Shown here one piece after another: positions 55,991 to 64,000 of a stretch of DNA of 64,000 nt; within the stretch, counting starts at the first letter, position 1, and every line of letters begins with the position of its first letter. The position numbers and the translations under genes were made by a program. Under the pieces are notes generated by a model. The model was not told the DNA's origin and made no database searches. It saw only the letters and a list, made by a program, of their open reading frames with translations. This stretch comes from Dehalococcoidia bacterium. GTDB lineage: Bacteria > Chloroflexota > Dehalococcoidia > UBA6926. The stretch covers positions 122,674-186,673 of the forward strand of contig CBDBLR010000003.1 in NCBI GenBank assembly GCA_965207115.1, given 5' to 3'.

Positions 55991-57412
55991 TTAGTCGAGG
56001 AGTTTGGCGGGGTTCATGATGCCCGCGGGGTCGAGGGCGTTCTTGATGGAGCGGATGAGATGGACGCCGCCCTCGCCGAGTTCCCTGGGCATGAGGTGCT
56101 TGAGTCGGGCGCCGACGCCGTGACAATACTCGATGGTGCCGCCCAGGTCGATGGCCTGGTTGATCATCGCGTCTGAGGCATCCCGGATGCGTTGCCAGCC
56201 GTCGGGATTGCCGGTCGGGTCGATGGCGATGATGGAGAACATCTCAGGCTCGCCCCAGATGGCGCATTCGACAACGGTCAGGCCAGCCTCCTCGAATGTC
56301 TTGATGGCGGCGAAACGCAGATCCAGCACTCTTGAGATTGGGACGGCGGTGTGGATGTAGCTGCCCGCGCGCCCGCCCCGATCTCGCCACGGGTGACGTT
56401 CGCCTGAGGCGCGCGCTTCCTTGTAGCGGAGGCCGGATGCGTGGCGATTTTCCCAGAATGATTGGGCAACCTCAGGGTCCAGCGTTCGCGCACCGTAGGC
56501 GGAGACGATTTCCCAGACAGTCTGTTCCTGGAAATCAAGCTCAGCGGTGCCGCCCTCAAGACTGAGGTGGAGCTGGGAGCGGCCGGGGCCGTCGGCAGTA
56601 ATGGTCTGGCCGCCGGACTCGGACTCGTCTTCCTGCGCGAAATCGACCATCGCCGGGGTCAGGCCCTCGGTGAAGAGCCGCTCTATGGCGAAGAAACCCT
56701 GCTGAAAGCTATCGAACTCAAGGGCGTAGTGACGGCGCTCTTCGAGTTCCGGGTAGATGCGGATTGTCGCTTCGGTAATGACGCCAAATATGCCCTCGGT
56801 GCCGATGAAGAGATTTGTCATGTCCAGACCGGCGGCGACAAGGGGGCGCAGATTGCGCGTGCGAACGATTTCGCCGGTCGGGAGGACGACCTCAAGGCCG
56901 ACGACCTGCCTGCCCATTGGGCCGAACTTTGCGGCGAGATAGCCAACGCCGTTGGTTGAAATTGCGCCGCCGACGGTCGCGACGGGTCGGCTCCACGGAT
57001 CATGACCGACAAAGTGGTTGGCGTGCTGGACGATCTCTTCAAGGTCGCCGAGGACAACGCCCGGTTGAACGGTGGCTGTGCCGTCCTGGAGGCTGACGTC
57101 GATTATCTTGTCCATCGATGCCATATCCAGAACGATGGCGGGTTTGATGCTGGACGCGCCGCCCATGACGCCGGTGCCGCCGCCGTAGGGAATCACCGGG
57201 ACGCCGGCCTTTGTTGCGGCCTTGAGGATCTCAGCTATGTGAGCGGTGGATTGGGGACGGACGACGGCGAGGGGTTTGGCTTGCTCGACGCCCTCTTCAG
57301 GGCGCGCCGGGATGGCGTCTTCGGCGTAGTCGGCGAGGACGGCGTCGTCGGTCAGGACGTTGTCCCGACTTACGATCTGGTTGATTTCTAAGAGGAAGTC
57401 GTTGGTGGTCAT
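55991..57412 (-). CDS. FAD-linked oxidase (GlcD/VAO family)
   Basis: PYGGGTG, TVGGAISTN, GTEGIFGVITE, HGVG, DPAGIMNPAK. Confidence 0.9.
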   Translation of the reverse strand: MTTNDFLLEINQIVSRDNVLTDDAVLADYAEDAIPARPEEGVEQAKPLAVVRPQSTAHIAEILKAATKAGVPVIPYGGGTGVMGGASSIKPAIVLDMASMDKIIDVSLQDGTATVQPGVVLGDLEEIVQHANHFVGHDPWSRPVATVGGAISTNGVGYLAAKFGPMGRQVVGLEVVLPTGEIVRTRNLRPLVAAGLDMTNLFIGTEGIFGVITEATIRIYPELEERRHYALEFDSFQQGFFAIERLFTEGLTPAMVDFAQEDESESGGQTITADGPGRSQLHLSLEGGTAELDFQEQTVWEIVSAYGARTLDPEVAQSFWENRHASGLRYKEARASGERHPWRDRGGRAGSYIHTAVPISRVLDLRFAAIKTFEEAGLTVVECAIWGEPEMFSIIAIDPTGNPDGWQRIRDASDAMINQAIDLGGTIEYCHGVGARLKHLMPRELGEGGVHLIRSIKNALDPAGIMNPAKLLD

Positions 57413-57441
57413 GGTCTTGTCCTATTTGATGGTACATGGAT

Positions 57442-57915
57442 TTATTGGTTGCTGAGGATGACGAGGCTGACGCCGGCGACGACAAGGAATGCGCCGATGA
57501 AGACGCGGATGGTGATTCGTTCGACCTGACGGAGAAAGATGGCGGCGAGGACGAGGGTGACGAGCGGGTTGACGGTGAAGATGGGTGAGACGAGGACGAC
57601 AGGGGCGTAGGAGAGGGAGAAGAAGCTGAGGAACGCGCCGGTGGACGCGAGGATGCCGGCGAGGACGATCCATAGGAGGGCCATGCGCGGGGCGCGGATG
57701 TCTTTGCGGATGCTGCGCGCGCTGGCCACGCCGAGGATGAGCATTCCAATGAAGAGGGTGACGGTGGAGCCAACCTGGGGCGGGGTCTCGTCGGCGGTGA
57801 GAAGGCTGCGGGTGACGACCTGGCTTCCGGCGTAGCCGAGGACGGAGAGGAGGGCGGCGATGGTGCCGATGATGAGGGGGCCGCGAAGACGGGATGTGGG
57901 TGTGGTAGTGGTCAT
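57442..57915 (-). CDS. Single-domain EamA/DMT transporter subunit
   Basis: Five TM helices; VSPI...FL...ERIT. Confidence 0.85.
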   Translation of the reverse strand: MTTTTPTSRLRGPLIIGTIAALLSVLGYAGSQVVTRSLLTADETPPQVGSTVTLFIGMLILGVASARSIRKDIRAPRMALLWIVLAGILASTGAFLSFFSLSYAPVVLVSPIFTVNPLVTLVLAAIFLRQVERITIRVFIGAFLVVAGVSLVILSNQ

Positions 57916-58358
57916 GATTCCTGGGTGGGGCCGGTGACGATGAGGGCGACGCCGCTGACGACGGCGAGGATGCCTATCGCCAGCTGGATGGTGACTCGCT
58001 CATCGAGGAACATCACGGCGAGGATGGAGGCGAATATCGGCATCGCTCCACCCATGGCGGTGGCGCGGCCGACGCCCATCTTGCTGACGGCGGTGTAGTA
58101 GAAGAATCGCCCGCCCATGAAGGAGAGGAGGGCGACGAGGGCAAAGCCTCCGAGCAACCTCAGGTTGAGTTCCAGGAAGGCCGACGGGTCCATGATGACC
58201 GCGATGATGGCGACGAAGATGAATCCGGCCGCGATGGAGATGAAGGTGGCGGAGGAGGGGCTGACGCGGTGGATGCCGAGTCGGATGAGGATCGCGCCAA
58301 CGGCCCAGCACATGGACGCGGAGAAGGCGAGGATGATGCCGAGTGTGGTTTCTGTCAT
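57912..58358 (-). CDS. Single-domain EamA/DMT transporter subunit
   Basis: Five TM helices; PIFASILAVMFLDERVT; ATGA overlap with its partner. Confidence 0.85.
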   Translation of the reverse strand: MTETTLGIILAFSASMCWAVGAILIRLGIHRVSPSSATFISIAAGFIFVAIIAVIMDPSAFLELNLRLLGGFALVALLSFMGGRFFYYTAVSKMGVGRATAMGGAMPIFASILAVMFLDERVTIQLAIGILAVVSGVALIVTGPTQES

Positions 58359-58379
58359 ACGAGGCGCGCCGGGAGGCGG

Positions 58380-59168
58380 TTAGGCGGTGACCGTCATACC
58401 GGCGTGTTGGAGCATGGAGGCAAAGATGGGACGGCCATCGACTCCGCCAAGTTCCGGCTCGCAGCAGCGCTCCGGGTGGGGCATCATGCCGAGCACGTTG
58501 CGGTTCTCGTTGACGATTCCGGCGATGTTGGCGAGCGCGCCATTAGGGTTCGCCTCGGGAGTGATTTCGCCTTCGGGCGTGGAGTAGCGGAAGATGATGC
58601 GGTTCTCGCGCTCCAATTGGGCGATTGTGTCAGGGTCGGCGAAATAGTTGCCGTCGCCGTGCGAGATGGGGACCTCCAGAACATCGCCGACCTTAGAGAG
58701 AGACGTGAAGCGGCTGTCCGTGGTCTCGACGCGGAGGTTCGTCCATTGGCATCGGTACTGGAGATGGGCGTTGCGGAGAAGGGCGCCGGGGAGGAGCTGG
58801 GCTTCACAGAGGACCTGGAAGCCGTTGCAGATTCCTATTACGGTCTTGCCCTCGTCAGCCATGCGGCGGATGCCGTCCATGACGGGGGAGAAGCGGGCGA
58901 TTGCGCCGGGTCGGAGGTGGTCGCCGTGGGCAAAGCCGCCGGGGAGGATGGCGAGATCGTAGTCGGAGAGGTTGCTTTCGGTGTGCCAGACGTAGTCGGC
59001 CTGGGCGTTGAAGACGTTGGTGAGGACGTGGTGGCAGTCGGCGTCGCTCCAGGTGCCGGGGAAGACGACGACGGCCGCTTTTTTCTCGGTTCGCGATTCA
59101 GACTGATGAGCGACCGCGGTCCGGTTACCGCGTTCCGGCATTAGTGCTTGTTGGGCTGGGGTGGTCAT
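58380..59168 (-). CDS. purQ: FGAM synthase glutaminase subunit
   Basis: VFPG, LPGGF, GICNGFQ, MMPHPER. Confidence 0.95.
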   Translation of the reverse strand: MTTPAQQALMPERGNRTAVAHQSESRTEKKAAVVVFPGTWSDADCHHVLTNVFNAQADYVWHTESNLSDYDLAILPGGFAHGDHLRPGAIARFSPVMDGIRRMADEGKTVIGICNGFQVLCEAQLLPGALLRNAHLQYRCQWTNLRVETTDSRFTSLSKVGDVLEVPISHGDGNYFADPDTIAQLERENRIIFRYSTPEGEITPEANPNGALANIAGIVNENRNVLGMMPHPERCCEPELGGVDGRPIFASMLQHAGMTVTA

Positions 59169-59620
59169 TGGGAGAGGAGTTGTTGGACGACGTCTGAGAC
59201 GTCTTTGCCGTCGGCGCGGCCTTTCATGACGGGCATAAGCGCGCCCATGACGCGGCCGCGGTCGGTCATGCTGCGCGCGCCGATGTCGTCGATAATCTTG
59301 CGGGCCTCTGCTTCGATTTCGTCGCGGGAGAGGCGCTCCGGCAGGTAGGACATGACGACGGTGAGTTCGGCCTCCTGGTCTTCGAGACCGTCTTCGCGTC
59401 CGGCCTTGCGGAACTCGTCGATGGATTCCTTGCGCTGACGGGCCTCACGGGCGAGAACGTCGGCTGCTTCGGTGTCGTCGAGGGCGGTGTTGGGGCCTTT
59501 GGCGATGGCGGCGTTCTGGAGGGCGCTGCGCATCATGCGGATGGCGGAGAGGCGCGGGCGATCACGGTCGCGCATGGCCTGTTTCATGTCGTCTTCGAGT
59601 TGTTCGACGATGGTTGGCAT
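59165..59620 (-). CDS. GatB/YqeY domain protein
   Basis: DMKQAMR, RKESIDEF, YLP..LS, GRADGK. Confidence 0.9.
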   Translation of the reverse strand: MPTIVEQLEDDMKQAMRDRDRPRLSAIRMMRSALQNAAIAKGPNTALDDTEAADVLAREARQRKESIDEFRKAGREDGLEDQEAELTVVMSYLPERLSRDEIEAEARKIIDDIGARSMTDRGRVMGALMPVMKGRADGKDVSDVVQQLLSQ

Positions 59621-59642
59621 GAGGGAATTATGGCATACGGGG

Positions 59643-60320
59643 TTAGGAGGGGGGCTCGGCGAGTTTGAGGATGTTTTCTATGACTTGTTGGGGGGTTAGG
59701 GAGTCTGTGATGAGGACGTGGGCGTCGTCGGCGGGCTTGAGGGGGGAATCTGTCCTTTCTGAGTCGCGTTGATCCCGCTCCTGAAGGTCGGAGAGGACGC
59801 GGTCATAGTCGCTGTCATCACCCCGTTCAAGGGTCTCAGTGTGACGCCGTTGCGCCCGGGCTTCAGCGGATGCGTCAAGGTAGATTTTCACGGGCGCGTC
59901 CCACAGAACCACGGTGCCGATGTCGCGTCCAACCATGACTACGCGGCCGTCCGCTTGCTCCGCCATTTTTCTCTGCATTGACACCAAGACACGCCGAACG
60001 TCGGATAGGACGGCGACGCGGGATGCGGCGGCGGCGACATCAGGGGATCCGATTACGTCGCTCACGTCCTCACCGTTGATTGTTATGCGCGAGTCGTCGA
60101 TGGCGATTTCCGATTGCTGCGCCAGGCGGGAGACGGCTTCGTTGCGCCATTCTTCAAGATTGGCCCGCAAGGCGAGCAGGCCGACGGCGCGGTAGAACAG
60201 GCCGGTATCGATAAACGTCCAGCCCAGTGTTTGGGCGACGCCCCGCCCCACGGTAGTCTTGCCGGACGCGACCGGCCCATCGAGGGCGATGGGGCCCCTA
60301 TGAGTCATGCGACTTTCCAT
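59643..60320 (-). CDS. cmk: Cytidylate kinase
   Basis: IALDGPVASGKTT, DTGLFYR, GRDIGTVV, RDQRD. Confidence 0.95.
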   Translation of the reverse strand: MESRMTHRGPIALDGPVASGKTTVGRGVAQTLGWTFIDTGLFYRAVGLLALRANLEEWRNEAVSRLAQQSEIAIDDSRITINGEDVSDVIGSPDVAAAASRVAVLSDVRRVLVSMQRKMAEQADGRVVMVGRDIGTVVLWDAPVKIYLDASAEARAQRRHTETLERGDDSDYDRVLSDLQERDQRDSERTDSPLKPADDAHVLITDSLTPQQVIENILKLAEPPS

Positions 60321-60391
60321 TGCGGCCCCGACTATAGATAGAATGCGTGTAGGCGTCCGTCGACTCTCGCCGTGAGATACTAAACGTAGTT

Positions 60392-60871
60392 ATGAACTGG
60401 CTCGATATAGTCATCATCGCCATTGTGGCAGTGCCGGTTGCGTTTGGGTTCCGCATCGGGTTGATTCACATCGCGTCCAGCCTGGTCGCCATAGCGGCGG
60501 GCACATTACTTGCAACCCTCTTCTGGCGGCAGGCCGCAGATATTGTCGGTGTAATCATCCCGGATGACAATCTGGCCGCGCTGATTGGCTACCTGCTTAT
60601 TCTGGTTGGCCTGCTCGCGGCAGGTTGGGCCGCGGCGGTATTCGCCAAGGGCGTGCTCAACGTACTGATGATGGGCTGGCTGGACAAGGTGGGAGGCATT
60701 GCCTTCGGCGCTTTGTTGGGCTGTGTCATCGTCGCCGCGGTGTTCTGGTCACTGGAGTCATTCAGTGGAGAAACCGTGCAGGAGGCGTTGGACAAGTCCC
60801 TGCTGCGGCCCTATTTTGCGTTCCTCGTTCCCATTCTCCGTTCAATTTCCGGGGAAATTGACCTGTCATAG
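60392..60871 (+). CDS. cvpA: CvpA family membrane protein
   Basis: MNWLD...GF..G and LDKVGG..FG. Confidence 0.85.
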   Translation: MNWLDIVIIAIVAVPVAFGFRIGLIHIASSLVAIAAGTLLATLFWRQAADIVGVIIPDDNLAALIGYLLILVGLLAAGWAAAVFAKGVLNVLMMGWLDKVGGIAFGALLGCVIVAAVFWSLESFSGETVQEALDKSLLRPYFAFLVPILRSISGEIDLS

Positions 60872-60915
60872 TCCCTTGCAGCATAGATAATGGATGCAGG
60901 ACTGGTAGGGCTACA

Positions 60916-61527
60916 ATGCGGGATATGGACAACCGAACGGTCGAGGACACCGCCCGGCAGGGCGTGGTGAAGATCCTCAATTCCTCGGTCCTTGTGCTCA
61001 ACGGCAACTTTGAGCCGCTGAACGTCACACGCGTTCGTCGCGCGCTCCTCCTGCTGATTCGCGGCAAGGCGGAGATGATTGAGAATGGGCGCGGTCACCT
61101 GCAGGCCGAACGGGACCGAGTGGAGGTGCCGTCCGTGATCCGTCTGTCCAGCTACGTGCGGCGTCCAATTCAGCCGCAACGTTTGACGCGGCGCGACGTG
61201 TTTCTGCGGGACGGGAATATGTGCCAGTACTGCGGCAAGCCGTCACGGGAGTTGACGCTTGATCACGTTCTGCCGCGACATCGCGGCGGGCAGAACACGT
61301 GGGACAACGTGGTGGCCGCATGCGTGCGCTGCAACCATCGCAAGGCGGGACGGACGCCGCGCGAGGCCGGTATGCACCTCCTGACCGAACCCGCCCCTCC
61401 GCGCCCCAATCCGTACCACACCTTCTACCGATTCCTGGGTTCGAATGAGAGCTGGAGGAAGTTCATCCCGGAGCCACGCAGGGGAACATCACACGGATTG
61501 AACAGCCACGAAGGCTCAGCATCATGA
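60916..61527 (+). CDS. HNH endonuclease
   Basis: VLVLN..FEPL, CQYCG, TLDHVLP, C..CN.RK. Confidence 0.9.
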   Translation: MRDMDNRTVEDTARQGVVKILNSSVLVLNGNFEPLNVTRVRRALLLLIRGKAEMIENGRGHLQAERDRVEVPSVIRLSSYVRRPIQPQRLTRRDVFLRDGNMCQYCGKPSRELTLDHVLPRHRGGQNTWDNVVAACVRCNHRKAGRTPREAGMHLLTEPAPPRPNPYHTFYRFLGSNESWRKFIPEPRRGTSHGLNSHEGSAS

Positions 61528-61561
61528 CGTGGCAGCCGCAAGGGGCTGCCGTAACTGAACA

Positions 61562-62788
61562 ATGACAACCAACGGACACGATCAGGGACTGGCGCCCGAC
61601 CAACGCCTTTCCCGCACGAACCAGAATCTCTGGAATGCGTTCATCGGCCATGCCCGGGCCAAAAGGCTGTACAACGCGTACGCCTCCAAGGCCGTTCTGG
61701 ACGGCTACCCTGAAGTGGCGGAGGCTTTCCTTCAGGCGGCGCAGGCCCCCGACGCGTTTCCCGTCAACATCATTTCCGCGGTGGATGAACTGCGCTCCAC
61801 ACGGGAGAATCTCCAATCCGTTGTGGACAGCCACACGTATGACGTGGAAACGCTGTATCCCCGCATGTTGGCGGAGGCGGAGTCTGAGGGTCGCACCGAT
61901 GCCGCAAGCCGCATCAGGCAGGCGTTGGAACGCGATGAGCGCGATCTGGCCATCTTTCGTGAGGCGCTTGCAGTCGCTGGTTGGCAGAGCGGCACTGTCC
62001 CGGTTGACGAACGCCCGACTCAATCCCAGCAGTTCGTCGATGACGAGATGGCCCGCGCTACCCGGGACATTGACTCGGCGCGAGAGCGAATCACCGCGCT
62101 AGGCCGCATTCGGGAAGTCATCTTTGGGATGCAGGACGGCCTGATCAGCACCGCCGTCCTTGTTTCGTCCGTGTACGCCGCCACTCAAGACAGCTTTGTG
62201 ACGGTCATCGCCGGGCTCGCCGGTGGCCTGGGCGGCGTTGTCTCGATGGCGACGGGCAGTTATTTGGGCTCTCAGGCTGAACGTGAAGTGAAGATGGCCG
62301 AGATCGGCAGCGCATCAAATGACTTACACGAATCCCGTTCAGAAGTTGTCGCGCGCCTTGTCGTCCTACTGCGCAGTGAGGGTTTGTCCGAAGAGGCTGC
62401 GGTTCTCGTCGCGGAGACGCTCGCGCAGAGTGAGGGCGCGCTCCTGAATACCGTTATTGAGAAGGAATTGGGACTGTCCGCGGACAACGATACCGTTCCA
62501 TGGAAAGACGCCCTTGCGATGGGGACGTCCTTCTTTGTGGGCGCGGCGGTGCCAATCATCCCTTACATCATCGCCGCCTTCAACATGATGCCCGGCGCGA
62601 TGGCCGTCTGGACATCAATCGTTGGTACGGCCATCGGACTGTTCGTGATGGGCGCCGGCAAGACGCGCTTCACCTTGCGAAACCCGCTGATCTCCGGGCT
62701 GGAGATGCTGGCAATCGGCGTCGTTTCGGCCGTTCTCGGCTACGCGCTTGGCGCGTTGATCACCTTCTTCTTTGACGTACAGGTGTGA
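61562..62788 (+). CDS. Rubrerythrin-like domain fused to a VIT1/CCC1 transporter
   Basis: N-terminal four-helix rubrerythrin pattern; IREVIFGMQDG, SMATGSYLG, GAAVPIIPY. Confidence 0.85.
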   Translation: MTTNGHDQGLAPDQRLSRTNQNLWNAFIGHARAKRLYNAYASKAVLDGYPEVAEAFLQAAQAPDAFPVNIISAVDELRSTRENLQSVVDSHTYDVETLYPRMLAEAESEGRTDAASRIRQALERDERDLAIFREALAVAGWQSGTVPVDERPTQSQQFVDDEMARATRDIDSARERITALGRIREVIFGMQDGLISTAVLVSSVYAATQDSFVTVIAGLAGGLGGVVSMATGSYLGSQAEREVKMAEIGSASNDLHESRSEVVARLVVLLRSEGLSEEAAVLVAETLAQSEGALLNTVIEKELGLSADNDTVPWKDALAMGTSFFVGAAVPIIPYIIAAFNMMPGAMAVWTSIVGTAIGLFVMGAGKTRFTLRNPLISGLEMLAIGVVSAVLGYALGALITFFFDVQV

Positions 62789-62896
62789 GGTAGTTTGCGC
62801 GACGTTGCGCTATCCCCTTGGACGATGGCTATAATGACTGCACAGCTACAGGTATACTAACTGTCTGACATTTGCATTCGAAGGAGCTAGACAGGC

Positions 62897-63151
62897 ATGG
62901 CCTACATAATCGCGGAGCCCTGCATCGACTTGAAAGACGCCTCATGCGTCGATGTTTGCCCCGTGGACTGTATCCACACAGAGGACGACGACAACATGTA
63001 CTACATCGAACCTGATGAGTGCATTGATTGCGCGGCCTGTGAGCCTGTCTGCCCGGTGACCGCCATCTTCGAAGAGAGCGAACTCCCCGAGGAGTGGCAC
63101 CATTTCATCGCCCTCAATCGAGAGTGGCCGGGCTGGGAAAGCCGCCGCTAG
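62897..63151 (+). CDS. fdxA: 7Fe-type ferredoxin
   Basis: C..(7)CVDVCPVDCI and CIDCAACEPVCP. Confidence 0.9.
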   Translation: MAYIIAEPCIDLKDASCVDVCPVDCIHTEDDDNMYYIEPDECIDCAACEPVCPVTAIFEESELPEEWHHFIALNREWPGWESRR

Positions 63152-63208
63152 AGTTCACGGCACGATTTTCGCCCCGCTGAAAGGCGGGTGTACCTAGCGG
63201 ACGCCGGT

Positions 63209-63991
63209 TCATTGCGGCGCTGACAGCAGCAAGAAATACTCGTGGTTGCCCTTTGGCCCCGTAATCGGCGACTCGCGAACTCCCAGAACCCGGAGTCCGT
63301 TTTCTATCGCCCATAGAGCCACGTTGCCGATTGCGTTTGCCCGCGCTGCCGGTGATCTGACGACACCGCCCCGGCCGACTTCTTCCCGTCCGGCTTCAAA
63401 CTGCGGCTTGACCAGGGCCAGGATGAAACCGCCAGGGGCGAGGGTTTCAATGATGGTGGGCAGGACGAGGGTCAGCGAGATAAAGGACACGTCCGCCACC
63501 GCAAGCCTGATTGGCTCTTCGATTTCGAGCCGATGGCGGGCGTTGTGGCGCTCCATGACGACCACACGCGAGTCATTCCGCAGGCTCCACGCCAGCTGTC
63601 CGTAGCCGACGTCCACGGCATAGACGCGCTCCGCGCCGCGCTGAAGAAGGCAATCGGTGAATCCGCCGGTGGATGCTCCGACATCGAGGCAGACGAGGCC
63701 ACCGGGGTCCAGGCCGAATTCATCGAGCGCACCGGCGAGTTTGACGCCGCCACGGCTCACATAGGTTGGACCCTCCGCGAGGAGGATTTCGGCGTCGGCG
63801 GCGGCGAGGGAGGCGGGTCTGAGGACGACAGAGCCGTTTACCGTCACATGGCCATCGGCGATCATCGCGCGGGCGGTGTCGCGTCCCGAGGCGATTCCGC
63901 GCTCGACGAGCAGGCCATCGAGCCGAACTCGTCTGCGTGATGCCGCAGTCGATTGAGCTTTGGTACGTGGTTGTCGCTTTTGGCGGGTCAT
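63209..63991 (-). CDS. tlyA: TlyA family rRNA methyltransferase
   Basis: S4 domain, YVSRGGVKL, DVGASTGGFTD, KPQFE, GPKGN.E. Confidence 0.95.
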   Translation of the reverse strand: MTRQKRQPRTKAQSTAASRRRVRLDGLLVERGIASGRDTARAMIADGHVTVNGSVVLRPASLAAADAEILLAEGPTYVSRGGVKLAGALDEFGLDPGGLVCLDVGASTGGFTDCLLQRGAERVYAVDVGYGQLAWSLRNDSRVVVMERHNARHRLEIEEPIRLAVADVSFISLTLVLPTIIETLAPGGFILALVKPQFEAGREEVGRGGVVRSPAARANAIGNVALWAIENGLRVLGVRESPITGPKGNHEYFLLLSAPQ

Positions 63992-64000
63992 TTCGCACCT

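Noticed and set aside
60916-61527. HNH nuclease as a mobile or defence gene
   Set aside because: It looks like the common stand-alone chromosomal family, among housekeeping genes with no mobility signs.

Overview
GC-rich window, probably from a Chloroflexota/Dehalococcoidia-like bacterium (inferred from gene style). About 1-51.5 kb is a tandem array of two integrative elements, each ending in a large serine recombinase (LSR); about 53-64 kb is ordinary chromosome (nadE, FAD oxidase, EamA pair, purQ, YqeY, cmk, cvpA, HNH, rubrerythrin-VIT1, ferredoxin, tlyA). Element 1 (left end not seen, right end about 34648) is ICE-like. It has a 16-kb minus-strand operon (primase, Rad52-like annealase, Cas4-like nuclease, SSB, RadC, DNA methylase, SNF2-like helicase and a PRTRC ubiquitin-like Ubl/E2/JAB/E1 cassette) and a divergent minimal conjugation operon (VirB6, two pilins, PrgI fusion, VirB4, coupling protein, replication-relaxation relaxase). 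Element 2 (34647-51489) is a mobilizable defence island (Type IIG/ISP-like R-M, DUF4238, ApeA-like HEPN, three TA pairs) with its own coupling protein and relaxase but no mating-pore genes. Its two ends join into a 52-bp inverted-repeat attP lying inside the 3' end of the LSR gene, so recombination swaps integrase C-terminal tails. Other notable signals are a Ubl capped by a TFTW extension, a long structured leader with repeated bulged hairpins plus conserved internal terminator-like hairpins, and a non-coding element found once in element 1 and twice in element 2. All family assignments are from motif recognition by eye, not database searches.
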